The notes below the pieces were generated by a model, which was not told the origin of the DNA, did not search any database, and saw only the letters and a program-made list of their open reading frames with translations. This document shows, piece by piece, positions 20,944-31,110 of a stretch of 45,673 nt of DNA (its first letter is position 1; every line of letters begins with the position of its first letter). The stretch comes from Tortispora ganteri (taxonomy: Eukaryota): positions 124,001 to 169,673 of the forward strand of contig PPNB01000018.1 of the NCBI GenBank assembly GCA_003707115.1. The letters are read 5' to 3'. Both the position numbers and the translations under genes were made by a program.

Positions 20944-22113
20944 ATGATACTGTTTCTACTAGTACTTGTGCGTGCACAGTATATGGAACTTTTAAATTCC
21001 TTAGACGTACAGTCTACATGCATACAAGATGCAATCTCAAGTACACCATACGCTTGCACAGATGATCCATCTGCTCAATCTTTAGCTGCCATTAAACTGG
21101 CATTATGCGAGCTTCAAATTCCACAGGCATCTCTTCCAAAACATTGTAGTAATGAAATTGATACTCAAAATTGTCTTGCAGTCTTCAAATCTGTGCCTCA
21201 ATGGTGGACCTCATATAGCGCTAACCTCAACTCACTGAATGGCCTATGTATACGCAACTTGCCATTCTTACAAGCTAGAACTTCTTACAACGCTCTAAGA
21301 AATATCACACAATATCTAATGGATTTACAGTCATTGTTAGACCAGTTATCATTTGAACAATCTTCTCTCATAAACAGTTCAACACATTTGATCGCTGATT
21401 CATCCTCTGCACTACAACTCACCGCCGAGTCGCGTTCATCTGCTGAAACAGTCGCCGAACTTTTACACCAATCACAAGAAATTGCTCAATCACTTACTCA
21501 ACAACTTATAGCCGCACAAAACTCGCAGAATATAGTACTCGACCACCTCTACAGTCTTGCTTCTACGCTCGAACAAGCAAATATCGACTCACATCTCCAA
21601 ATATCTCATTTGACTACCGTTGTGTCTACTCTCGAACAGACAATCGGTAAATTAGGTCAGTTGACTAGCCTATACGACCCTCTACGTGCAGAGTTTGCAC
21701 AGTTTTCCGATGAAGTAGCCGACCTCTCGTTCAAACTCTCTAGTTTTTCCAGACTGATCACCTCAGTCTCGCGGTTCACTCATGCACTCTTTCGTGCACT
21801 CAGATCGCTTCTTGACCACCTTAAGGGCATCTACTACATGATATTCCTCTTCTTGTATTCCTGGAAATACCCAATAGTAAGACGCGTGTACTTTGCAATT
21901 ACTGCCTGCGCTGTCTACTACGCGGTGACGCTGCATTGGCTCCATCTGCCTATTGAAGCCGCATTCGCTCCACCACTAGCAGCTTTTGTCTGGATAAGAC
22001 TAATACAAAACACAGAAGACGCTCACCCACCGCCCGTTTCCTACGATGACTTCCTCCTAGATACCCACCCGGCTCTACACGAAGACGTATACTCTTATAT
22101 GTATACACGTTAA
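20944..22113 (+). CDS. KAR5: Nuclear fusion protein Kar5/Tht1/Gex1 family
   Basis: Signal peptide, Cys-rich domain (C...C...AIKLALCEL....LP..C.....CL......QWWTSYS...C), coiled coil and C-terminal TM segments. Confidence 0.85.
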   Translation: MILFLLVLVRAQYMELLNSLDVQSTCIQDAISSTPYACTDDPSAQSLAAIKLALCELQIPQASLPKHCSNEIDTQNCLAVFKSVPQWWTSYSANLNSLNGLCIRNLPFLQARTSYNALRNITQYLMDLQSLLDQLSFEQSSLINSSTHLIADSSSALQLTAESRSSAETVAELLHQSQEIAQSLTQQLIAAQNSQNIVLDHLYSLASTLEQANIDSHLQISHLTTVVSTLEQTIGKLGQLTSLYDPLRAEFAQFSDEVADLSFKLSSFSRLITSVSRFTHALFRALRSLLDHLKGIYYMIFLFLYSWKYPIVRRVYFAITACAVYYAVTLHWLHLPIEAAFAPPLAAFVWIRLIQNTEDAHPPPVSYDDFLLDTHPALHEDVYSYMYTR

Positions 22114-25100
22114 TATACTTCCAACACGTACCTGCCGGTCTCCTTCATCTCTTCAATGGCCTTGCGCATATCGCCCGGATTATTGCCCTTGCGCGTCGCG
22201 TGCGTCATAATCACTTCCTCAAGGATGCCCGTGATGTTCGGCACAGGCCACGTCGGTCCACACAGGTAGAAGTACCCTTCTTTTTCGCCAATCAGGTCAA
22301 CCAACTCGTCCATAGATTGCCGCATACGGTCCTGAATGTATATCTTCTCGGCCTGGTCACGACTGAACGCCGCACCCAAATGTGTCAGCAGCCCGTCAGC
22401 CAAGTATCCCTCCCATTCTTCGCCATACAGGTACTCCTGGCGACGATGACGCGAACCAAGGTATAGATACACTTCGCCAACATCGTGGCCTTGGTCCTTC
22501 TGCCACTGTTTTTCTTCCAGAAAGGCTTTGAACGGCGCCAGCCCGGTACCAAGTCCTGACATAATAATAGGCGTCTTAGGCGACGGAGGCAGTTTCATCA
22601 CCGACGGTTTTACGCTCACAATGACTTTGCTGCCCACAGCAAGGTCGGCAAGGTACTTCGAACAGTGACCATACCGCTGGCGACCACGGCTGTCCACCCA
22701 GTCAACTACAACAATAAGCAGATGCAGAGAGTGAGGGTGCACTTTCTGCGAAGAGGCAATACTGTACTCTCTCCTCTTGAGCGGTGGTATCAGCTGCAAT
22801 AAGTCTTCAATAGGCGGGTGTGCCGAATCAAACTCTTTCAGTACATCCACATGCGTCAGAAAGTCTTCCTCAGATCGCTTCTTTAATTCTGCAGCACCTG
22901 CAGGACTTGTCAGCGCTTCCAACTTCAATTTTTGTTTCGCATCCGTAGCATATGCAGTAAGCCCTTCATAGAACTTCTTCAGTGGCTTTCCGAGGAGATC
23001 AACATTGTTAATTAGAGCCTGTCGTATTGTTTGAGAATAAACTTGGTCCTCAGGGTCATCACGCGATGGCGCTACAACCACGTCCTCTCCTTTCACGTTG
23101 TACCATGAGATGAATTCATCGACATCATTAGCGTCATTTGGAGCATGTATACCAAGTGCCTCTCCTATACCGTAAGTAAGATCTGTGCCCGTCAAGTCAA
23201 ATTCTATATGGAAAATGTAACGGTCGTATTCGCTTGGTGTAACGCGTTTGTTTTCACGAACTGTTATCTCAAAGGTTTTCGTTGTAAGATCAGGGCGCAG
23301 TGCCTTTTCAGTACCATATGCCTCTTTGAATGCGATTCGCTTAATCGCCTCGAGCTTGCTGACCACTTGCACAGTCGGTTCTTTAATGTCGCGCTCTCCG
23401 TTAGGAATCAGACTGCTCGCAGAAAACTCCTGCAGTACAGACTCATCATCTGATAGCTCTTTGAATGCGGCAGTGACTTCTAGCGCGCGAAGACCAGATT
23501 CGTACACGGCCTCGCCTAGTTTAGCTAAAACTGCACCCACAAATTCCATCTCGTTGTTAAAAGCAGTTATGACCTGCGTTACGGTCCGATCAAAGTTCTG
23601 CTCTGGGAATGCCAACTTCCAGAAAGCGAAATGCGCAGCAATAGGTTCTACACGGTCTCCAACTTGCGGGTGTTCGCCCAAACGTGAAACGTCAAAGACG
23701 TAGACCGTCGCGTTCTTGTCGAGAACCGCTCGACGGAACGCCGAAGGCAGTTTTGCAACTATTTCGTCGTCAGAACCTGATGCAAATAGGAGTACTTTGC
23801 CATTCAAACCAAGCGGGCTAAGCAGGTTCACGCTGTTCAACAGGTCCAGCGACCGCACAACTACTAGGTCTGCAGCCTCGACAGGGTATTGAGCCTCGAC
23901 AGGGGCGCTAGATAGGCGCAAGTCCGCCTTGAAGGTGCCGCTTGCAATAGAAGTATTATATCCCGGATTGTATGCCACATACTGCGTAGGGTCCAACGAG
24001 AAGACACGTGCAAGCTTGGCCGGGGATGAAATCAATGAAGAGTTATCTGCGTCCCAGAAGACAAACTCTTTAGCTAGGGATTTTGCAGCAGGAAGATCTT
24101 TTAGAGCCGGCAAGTCGGTTTGACTGTGGGAACCAGCAGACAACTCGTTCAGCAGGTACCGAGCAGACGCCGAAGTCCATTGTAGAGCAGGAGTGTACTT
24201 AAATTCAGATAATTTACCGCCGAAGCCAGACAGTCTTAACGCGGTGCTGATATCAGAGTAGAGCGGCGAATGAAGTTCTGAATTTTGTAGGTCGGCATCA
24301 GCAGGTACCTGACCGAGTACCAATACGTTTTGAACAGATCGAGGGACCAGAGAATAGAGCTTCTCGTCGTCTAAGGGGTTGTAAACACGAATCGCAATAA
24401 CTCCGACAGATTGCGACGTCAGCGAAGAGAACAAAGAATTTTCCGAGGACCCGAACGTGATTACTACCGTTTCGGGATCTCTAGGGCCAGTATAAGTGAT
24501 CGGAAGAATGGATGTACCGAGTTCGCGGTTCAGCACCGTAAACGCGGCGTCTATCGCTTCTGTGGACACGGACGAGAAGGTGCGGGTCACTTTAGAGATC
24601 TCTGCGTAGAGAGACGCGGACTGGTCGAGTGAGAGCGGGGCGTCGTTTCTTAGTGATTCAGTGACAAGTCGTGCGCCGCTGTATGTATGTATGATGGGCG
24701 AAAGCGACGCGAGTGCGGTAGCCAAGATTGATATGGGCTGGATTTCGGCAGCTGATTGCGATAGGATCAGCGGGATGCCTGTAGACCTGGCAACTGTGAG
24801 TGCAGACACGTAGTCAGGGTTGAGAGCATACGTCTGTGCGGGAGCATGGACGATGAGTGGCTTGTAGTTGACGGAACTGGATAAAGCTGCCAGAGCAGGA
24901 GCTACAGCGAGCAGCGCTGGAGAGGGCACTATGGCTGTGACGGGTTTGTCTGAGGACAGAGAATTATAAGAGTAGCCGTGGAACAGTGTACCAGCGCCCG
25001 AACGAGTCTGACACTGTAAGACTTTTAGGCCCTTTGCGGCATTCAGGCCGTAGATATCATCGTAGGACCAGAGCAGATCAGAGAACCGTGGAATGATGTC

Positions 25101-25190
25101 CAAGAGCAGCTGGTGAGCTGTCGCATAGACGGATGAGGTCGAAGCGGGCGACTCTGAGGTCGAAAACGGGAAAAGAACCTGTGAGTCCAT
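22110..25190 (-). CDS. MET10: Sulfite reductase flavoprotein (alpha) subunit
   Basis: RYIFHIEFD, LKRREYSIASSQ, GLGTGLAPF, YLCGPTWPVP, C-terminal RYVLEVY; first ATG (MDSQ) at 25190. Confidence 0.96.
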   Translation of the reverse strand: MDSQVLFPFSTSESPASTSSVYATAHQLLLDIIPRFSDLLWSYDDIYGLNAAKGLKVLQCQTRSGAGTLFHGYSYNSLSSDKPVTAIVPSPALLAVAPALAALSSSVNYKPLIVHAPAQTYALNPDYVSALTVARSTGIPLILSQSAAEIQPISILATALASLSPIIHTYSGARLVTESLRNDAPLSLDQSASLYAEISKVTRTFSSVSTEAIDAAFTVLNRELGTSILPITYTGPRDPETVVITFGSSENSLFSSLTSQSVGVIAIRVYNPLDDEKLYSLVPRSVQNVLVLGQVPADADLQNSELHSPLYSDISTALRLSGFGGKLSEFKYTPALQWTSASARYLLNELSAGSHSQTDLPALKDLPAAKSLAKEFVFWDADNSSLISSPAKLARVFSLDPTQYVAYNPGYNTSIASGTFKADLRLSSAPVEAQYPVEAADLVVVRSLDLLNSVNLLSPLGLNGKVLLFASGSDDEIVAKLPSAFRRAVLDKNATVYVFDVSRLGEHPQVGDRVEPIAAHFAFWKLAFPEQNFDRTVTQVITAFNNEMEFVGAVLAKLGEAVYESGLRALEVTAAFKELSDDESVLQEFSASSLIPNGERDIKEPTVQVVSKLEAIKRIAFKEAYGTEKALRPDLTTKTFEITVRENKRVTPSEYDRYIFHIEFDLTGTDLTYGIGEALGIHAPNDANDVDEFISWYNVKGEDVVVAPSRDDPEDQVYSQTIRQALINNVDLLGKPLKKFYEGLTAYATDAKQKLKLEALTSPAGAAELKKRSEEDFLTHVDVLKEFDSAHPPIEDLLQLIPPLKRREYSIASSQKVHPHSLHLLIVVVDWVDSRGRQRYGHCSKYLADLAVGSKVIVSVKPSVMKLPPSPKTPIIMSGLGTGLAPFKAFLEEKQWQKDQGHDVGEVYLYLGSRHRRQEYLYGEEWEGYLADGLLTHLGAAFSRDQAEKIYIQDRMRQSMDELVDLIGEKEGYFYLCGPTWPVPNITGILEEVIMTHATRKGNNPGDMRKAIEEMKETGRYVLEVY

Positions 25191-26015
25191 TAGAGGTTCA
25201 AACGTGTGAAGAAAATTAGCGTGACAGTGTCTACTTACAGCATAGAGTATATGAGTAATCGCGAATAGGAGGCCCGGGATTGCGCAATAGGTGATGATCG
25301 AGAGACAGTTCAACTTTAAATCAGTTAAGGTTTAACATTTCGTCTGTATCAGGATTACATTCATCTATATACAATAGAACCCGAGCTGCATAATAGGCAA
25401 TCAGTAAGAGTAGCCATATTATTCATCAAGAGAAGTAGCAAATCAATTCATAATGATATCCGCCTCCGATTCCGACTTCACTTAACTCTGAATGCAGACG
25501 AGCTTCTTCACCAGTTAGTTCATACCATAACATGAGTTAGATTTGATTCAGTGAGTACCACTCGAAGATGAAATGTAATTTCAATAAAGATAAAGATAAG
25601 CACTATTAAGCACTGCTAAGCGGGGATACGTATATACTTGGTTTTCATTTGTATAAGGTAATCTTCTGCTAATGGCATCAACCTTATAGGCGACAGAGGG
25701 CTTCAAAACATCGTTATCTAACACTATAATCTAGAATATGTAGTGACATTTCCGGTAGTCTCAGAATGTTGTTTCCCGTAGACGATGGTAGCAGTAATGA
25801 ATGTTTTAGGAAGGAACTGTTTCGTTAAGAGTAAGAGTGTTTATAAAAATGGTATGCATTGACTTAAATGCGTAACCAGATTTGTTTCATTCTCTGTTTA
25901 TATTTTATACCATTTAAGAGAGAATTTCTTGAATATTCATTGTCTATAATTTAAAGATTCGCTATAATTTATAGATTTGTAATAGCAGATATAGTAGAAA
26001 GTACATAAGAAGTTC

Positions 26016-26024
26016 AAACTGTGG
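26016..26024 (+). promoter_or_regulatory. Met31/Met32-type site AAACTGTGG in the MET10/IES6 intergenic region
   Basis: Exact consensus match, ~830 bp upstream of MET10. Confidence 0.4.
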
Positions 26025-26079
26025 TGTAATGATGAGGAGACAGACACCTTAGTAACGGAAGAACTGTGCAAGAGACTCA

Positions 26080-26406
26080 ATGACGGAAGAAGAGAATCAA
26101 GCCAATGCGAATTACGTGTTCAAGACCGGTAAACCTCGTAAGACACGACGTACAAAGACATTTAAACAACTTATGGCTGATGAGCAAAAATTAGAAAGGT
26201 CACGGTTCTTGGAAGTGGCGGCTGGGCCATCTACGCGACCGCAAGAGAAATGGTGCGATATCACGGGTCTACCAGGCCGGTACAGAGCACCGAGTTCTGG
26301 ATTGCGGTACTACAACAAGGAAGTTTTTCAAGCAATCAAATATCTTGGTCCTGGGGTTGATCAGGAGTATTTGGCACTACGTAGCGCTCATGCGGTGTTA
26401 CGGTAA
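26080..26406 (+). CDS. IES6: INO80 complex subunit Ies6
   Basis: A.PS.RP..KWCDITGL...Y..P...LRY....VDQEYLALR.A..VL (YL1_C domain). Confidence 0.93.
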   Translation: MTEEENQANANYVFKTGKPRKTRRTKTFKQLMADEQKLERSRFLEVAAGPSTRPQEKWCDITGLPGRYRAPSSGLRYYNKEVFQAIKYLGPGVDQEYLALRSAHAVLR

Positions 26407-26640
26407 AGATTTCTGTTTGATTTTCACTGGTTTCGGAAATTTATGATTGATGAACAATTTCAGGTTCGACATCAAAGATAGCATATAATTTACATGCATC
26501 TATATGAATCTATACATATCTAAATACATCTAGATAAAGATATAGGTATCCTATTGCTTTATCGGCACTCATCGTATCCTCTCCAATAAGCTATGATGGA
26601 CATCTTCGCCCCTCTCCCAAAACACTTGTCTTTTCACAAG

Positions 26641-27291
26641 ATGGTGAAGTCTACCGCAATAGCCAGACTACACGACGGGTTGCCACTAGCAACGTCTGTT
26701 GACGACTCTGACGTCGAGAAAGAACTTGCATCAACTAAACAGCAAGTTAAGGCGATTATTCGTAAGGTCAACGACAAGTCAGAGCCTAAAGCGTCTATTG
26801 AATCTGGTAACTACTCTATTCATTATATAATAACAGACAATGTAGTATATTTGTGCATTTGTGATAAATCTTACCCGCGAAAACTCGCATTTTCCTACCT
26901 TGACGAAATTCAAAAAGAATTCTCGTCAACGTACGGCTCTGAAATCAGCAAACCCGGTCTCAGACCTTACGCTTTTGTTCAATTTGACTCTTTTATACAA
27001 CAAACTCGCAAGCTATATCAGGATAGTAGGGCTACTCAGAATCTCGATAAGCTCAATACTGAACTCCAAGATGTCACACGTATCATGACAAAGAACATAG
27101 AAGACCTTCTTTATCGCGGCGATAATCTCGACCGTATGTCTCACATGTCTAGTAGCTTACGCGATGAGTCCAAAAAGTACAGGCGCGCTGCTGTTAGGAT
27201 CAACTTCGAGGCTTTATTACGGCAATACGCACCTATTTCTATGCTTGCTTTAATGGTCGTATTTTTCATTTGGTACTTTTTCCTCCGATAA
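26641..27291 (+). CDS. SEC22: R-SNARE Sec22
   Basis: MVKST.IAR..DGLPL, YPRKLAFSYL, MTKNIEDLLYRGD.LD, C-terminal TM; conserved start at 26641. Confidence 0.96.
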   Translation: MVKSTAIARLHDGLPLATSVDDSDVEKELASTKQQVKAIIRKVNDKSEPKASIESGNYSIHYIITDNVVYLCICDKSYPRKLAFSYLDEIQKEFSSTYGSEISKPGLRPYAFVQFDSFIQQTRKLYQDSRATQNLDKLNTELQDVTRIMTKNIEDLLYRGDNLDRMSHMSSSLRDESKKYRRAAVRINFEALLRQYAPISMLALMVVFFIWYFFLR

Positions 27292-27344
27292 AAAAAGAAA
27301 AAAAAAGGAAAAATATAATGCAATTGTGCATATGAAAATCTACC

Positions 27345-28205
27345 TCAAAATGGATCTTCAAACGGCTCCTCCTCATCCCAGTCGTCTAAGTCCTCGTACT
27401 CATATATTATAGCCCCGCCTTCCACACCACCCTTACCGATCTCTTGTGCTGCAAGGTACGGTAATGCAACATTCTCTTTAGCCAGTTTCTGCCGATCCGT
27501 AGTCTCAAGGTTGAATGTCGTCAGTCCTTCTAACACCTTCTGTTCATCATTAATTAGCTCTTCACTGTCGAGCTGCACCACGCTCACCCCGTCGATTTCA
27601 AACTTTCCAATAACCTCTCGACCAGACCTCCTTCGATGACGCATCTCTACAATAAACCGCTTATCATTCATAGTAACGCCTTCTGGACATTCAAGACACG
27701 CCAACGCCGTCTCGTATGCTTGTCGCTCGTCCAGCGAGCCCAGCACGGGCTCTACTGCCAACACAGTCGTTGCAAAGTACTTTGCAATGTCTAGTTTGCT
27801 TGGGTATCCATTTATACGTTCATTCTCTAAATTTGTAGATCCAAACAACACGATTTGCGCCACGGACGCTAGCTCCACTAGAGTCTGCGACAATGTAGTG
27901 CTCTCAAACGTTTCAAGTGAGTCGATTACTACTACTTTCCGCCTATTCGCATTAACTGAACGCGCCCACGTGCCTATCGCACTAACACCATTAATTTGTG
28001 TGCATTCAATAGGCGAGTTAGTACACGTCGTTAAACAGTACCCTATAGCTGCATCAGTCTTTGATCTACTCGCAATAAGCTCAACTAGTGCCCGACCAGA
28101 TTGAATAAATGAATCAACAACAAGTATAACAGGACTATATTCGCGTAGACTGATTATCCGCTCGAATATCAACTTCTGATGAGTCTTCTGTGTGCTGCTT
28201 GTCAT
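27345..28205 (-). CDS. IKI1: Elongator subunit Elp5/Iki1
   Basis: HRRRSGR, TTFNL....QK.AKE.V.LPY..AQ....GGAIIYEYE..DDWDEE.P.EDPF C-terminus. Confidence 0.9.
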   Translation of the reverse strand: MTSSTQKTHQKLIFERIISLREYSPVILVVDSFIQSGRALVELIASRSKTDAAIGYCLTTCTNSPIECTQINGVSAIGTWARSVNANRRKVVVIDSLETFESTTLSQTLVELASVAQIVLFGSTNLENERINGYPSKLDIAKYFATTVLAVEPVLGSLDERQAYETALACLECPEGVTMNDKRFIVEMRHRRRSGREVIGKFEIDGVSVVQLDSEELINDEQKVLEGLTTFNLETTDRQKLAKENVALPYLAAQEIGKGGVEGGAIIYEYEDLDDWDEEEPFEDPF

Positions 28206-28281
28206 CTTGCTTGTCTCGAAGAAGAACCTGCAGTAAACCTTAATTGACTACAAACTTGACTTGAATCCAACCACCACTATA

Positions 28282-29853
28282 ATGGACTCAGACGATGAAG
28301 ATGCAAAGGAGTTCCAGACTTATAAGGACGCGCTCCTTTTTGCGCTTGACGTATCAGGACACATGAGTCTTACCGCTCTTGACGCGTTGTCTGCGTGTCT
28401 CACTGTATTGATCGAAAGGCTCATCAATTCCGCCACTTCGCCTTTCGGTCTAGTCCTTTTTGGAACTACATCCGCCACAAATATGAACTATCCGTCATGT
28501 TACACTCTTATAGACCTTAAAAAACCCACAGTCGAAGATGTCAAAACACTCACTGACCTTATACATAGCCCGGCTGCCCTCAGTGAACTTATTGGTGACG
28601 GTGCCACTCCTGTAATCGCTGACGTCTTTTCTTTCCTCATCCAAAAATTCTTAACAAACTCTAAAGATAACATGTTCAGGAAACTCGTTTGGATCACTTG
28701 TAATGATGACCCTTACAGCCTCGTAACAGCAACCCCTAGCGATGCTTACACAATCGCCAACGATTTCAAAGGCCACAATATCCAGTTCTCCCCGATCTTC
28801 CTTTCGCGGCCAGACCACCCTTTCGACTCCTCAATTTTTTACGACGTAGTACTTGTCAACAATATCGCTCCTGATCAAGATCCAGAGCTCTTGCTTGGCG
28901 ATCTCGACAATCTTCCGTCGCTCGTCATCTCCTTCAAGGACCCAAAACGCGCTACCTTCAGAGCCCCGCTCGAAATCGCAGACGGCGTAGAAATTGCACT
29001 TAAAGGATACTCACTCATCAGAAGTCACACAAATATCAGAGAACGTAACGTTTTTATAATGGGCGAAGATTTTGAGTCCGTCATCACTAGTCGACAGTGG
29101 TTCTCGCAGCTTACCTCTAAAATAGTGTCACAAAATGATCTAGTCTACGCCTACAAGTTTGGGCCGACCCAGCTAGTGGAGTTCAATTCCAGCGAAATCA
29201 AATCTATACGCAACTTCGGCCGAAGTCAAATAAAAATCCTTGGGTTCAAACCGCTGCGCGATCTGCCCTGGGAATTCAACATCAAAAACCCGATTTTGCT
29301 CTACCCAGATGAGGAAACTATTTCGGGCTCTTTTAGAACTTACACCGCTTTGCACAAATCCATGCTCAATTCGCAGACTTGCGCGCTCTGCTACACACTT
29401 CTTCGATCTGGCCGCCCTGTCTTCAGTGCAATGATCGCCCACGACGAGTTCAGAAGCAAAGCAGAAAAGCAGAAAGGCCCACCTCTCCATCCGGCCGGCC
29501 TGTCCCTTATAACGCTTCCGTATGCCGACGACCTCAGAGACGAGCCAGAAGTACTGAGACAGCCGCAGCCGCAGCAGACTGCAATTGAGTTTGCCAAGCA
29601 GTTCATAGAACTACTTACTATGAAGGACGGATTGGACCTGTCTCGGTACAGGGACGTGTACGCGGAGTTCTATAACGATTTTTTGCTGGCTATAGCGCTC
29701 GAAAACCCTACACCAATTATGGCGCCGGACGGGTCGATACCTAAATACAAATCTATTACATCTATCGCTGGTGAACAGATACAGAAATTTAATTCGTTTA
29801 TTCTAAACGAAGCGAACCCCGAGAGGACCTTAAAAAGGACAAAAAAACAGTGA
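28282..29853 (+). CDS. YKU70: Ku70 DNA end-binding subunit
   Basis: vWA-like LFALDVS..M, IKILGFKP, YPDE...GS.R.Y.AL, LPYADDLR; first ATG at 28282. Confidence 0.9.
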   Translation: MDSDDEDAKEFQTYKDALLFALDVSGHMSLTALDALSACLTVLIERLINSATSPFGLVLFGTTSATNMNYPSCYTLIDLKKPTVEDVKTLTDLIHSPAALSELIGDGATPVIADVFSFLIQKFLTNSKDNMFRKLVWITCNDDPYSLVTATPSDAYTIANDFKGHNIQFSPIFLSRPDHPFDSSIFYDVVLVNNIAPDQDPELLLGDLDNLPSLVISFKDPKRATFRAPLEIADGVEIALKGYSLIRSHTNIRERNVFIMGEDFESVITSRQWFSQLTSKIVSQNDLVYAYKFGPTQLVEFNSSEIKSIRNFGRSQIKILGFKPLRDLPWEFNIKNPILLYPDEETISGSFRTYTALHKSMLNSQTCALCYTLLRSGRPVFSAMIAHDEFRSKAEKQKGPPLHPAGLSLITLPYADDLRDEPEVLRQPQPQQTAIEFAKQFIELLTMKDGLDLSRYRDVYAEFYNDFLLAIALENPTPIMAPDGSIPKYKSITSIAGEQIQKFNSFILNEANPERTLKRTKKQ

Positions 29854-29865
29854 GCAATGATAATA

Positions 29866-31110
29866 TTAGGTCTCGATCTCTAGAGGCTCTGTGACAGGCT
29901 TCCGCTTCATAAGCCTCAAAGTCACCAGAGCATCGCGCAGTCTGTCCATGGTTGTCTCTGGAATCTCTTGTTCCTCCAACATCGCGGAGCTGCCGCGTTC
30001 TTTGGCCAGACGGTGCTTGGCAGTGCCGAGTCCGTCGATGCCACCTTCCTGGTGATCGCCGAGCCAGGGCTTAGCGGCTTCTCCATACGGGTTTATGATG
30101 ACGACGTGGTAGATAACCATACCGAGGATTGTAAAGACAAAACCCACAGGGTAGAGCCAAAACACTGTGTAACCGAACACTTTAATGCCAACAATAAGAC
30201 CCCAGAAATCACTTGTCAAGATAGACATGTTGTAGAAAGTAGCAGAGGACATACGCATGAGGAACGGAGCGGTAAGGTAAAGGAAAAGCAGGCACAGAGT
30301 GTAGCCGACGAACCATCCGGCGACTTGTCCTCCCCAAGTGGCCTGTTTGAGACTGTTTCTGTCAAAGATAGCCATCTGCACGCCATTGATAAAGATACCC
30401 CAGAAACCGAGTTGACCAAGTACTTCGTAGATGGGTTTCTCAGAGACGAAGAATTCCTGGAGGACATTGGAGATACCGTAACAGGATGCAGCAATAATCA
30501 CAAAAAAGTCTCCCTTGACCCTGTCGGTAGCAGCGTAGTCTTTGTCGGTTAAAGAGTCGGAAACGATAACGAGAGCCATTCCTATCAAACAAACGATTAT
30601 ACCGATGATCTGGACCCATTTATAGCGCACTTTCAGGAACAAAAAGGACAGAATAACCACAAACACAATGGCCCACATGTCGAGAACCTCTGCGCTAAGC
30701 AAACTGGTGTATTGGTAGGCTTTGACTATAAAGTAGTTACCCTCGACGTCAGCGAAGGCGAAGAGAAAGTACTTCCAGCCATCGTGTAGGAGGAGGCTGC
30801 CAAACCGACGAAACCCATACTTGTATATAGTCCAAGGTGTTAAGAAGAAGCCTAGAATGACGTAGTTGAAGAAAGATTGGAACGCCGGGATGGAGTTGCC
30901 TGAGTCAGCTAGGTAGGTGGTGAAAGTGTTAGTGGCAACAAGAGAGAGCGAGAGAAGCTGGCCTATCACAAATATGATCCAAAATTGTCGAGAGTACAAA
31001 AACTGAAAATATTTAAGTCTCTTTTGAGACTCAATAGATTCCGTAGAAGAAGATTCGACAACGGACAGGTCCTTAGTCGGGTCAGTTGCGGGTTCGAGAT
31101 CGTGATCCAT
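29866..31110 (-). CDS. SLC35F1/F2-type (DUF914) DMT-superfamily transporter
   Basis: GQLLSL, PAFQSFFNY, ADVEGNYFIVKAYQYTSLLS, SNVLQEF, SATFYNMSILTSDFW; about 10 hydrophobic segments. Confidence 0.9.
   Translation of the reverse strand: MDHDLEPATDPTKDLSVVESSSTESIESQKRLKYFQFLYSRQFWIIFVIGQLLSLSLVATNTFTTYLADSGNSIPAFQSFFNYVILGFFLTPWTIYKYGFRRFGSLLLHDGWKYFLFAFADVEGNYFIVKAYQYTSLLSAEVLDMWAIVFVVILSFLFLKVRYKWVQIIGIIVCLIGMALVIVSDSLTDKDYAATDRVKGDFFVIIAASCYGISNVLQEFFVSEKPIYEVLGQLGFWGIFINGVQMAIFDRNSLKQATWGGQVAGWFVGYTLCLLFLYLTAPFLMRMSSATFYNMSILTSDFWGLIVGIKVFGYTVFWLYPVGFVFTILGMVIYHVVIINPYGEAAKPWLGDHQEGGIDGLGTAKHRLAKERGSSAMLEEQEIPETTMDRLRDALVTLRLMKRKPVTEPLEIET

Noticed and set aside
25452..25491. Possible box C/D snoRNA (ATGATAT...GATTCCGACTTC...CTGA; the 12-mer looks complementary to LSU rRNA as I recall it)
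   Set aside because: The C box is imperfect, the putative guide is not adjacent to the D box and the element is too short; likely chance. An Infernal/snoscan run would settle it.
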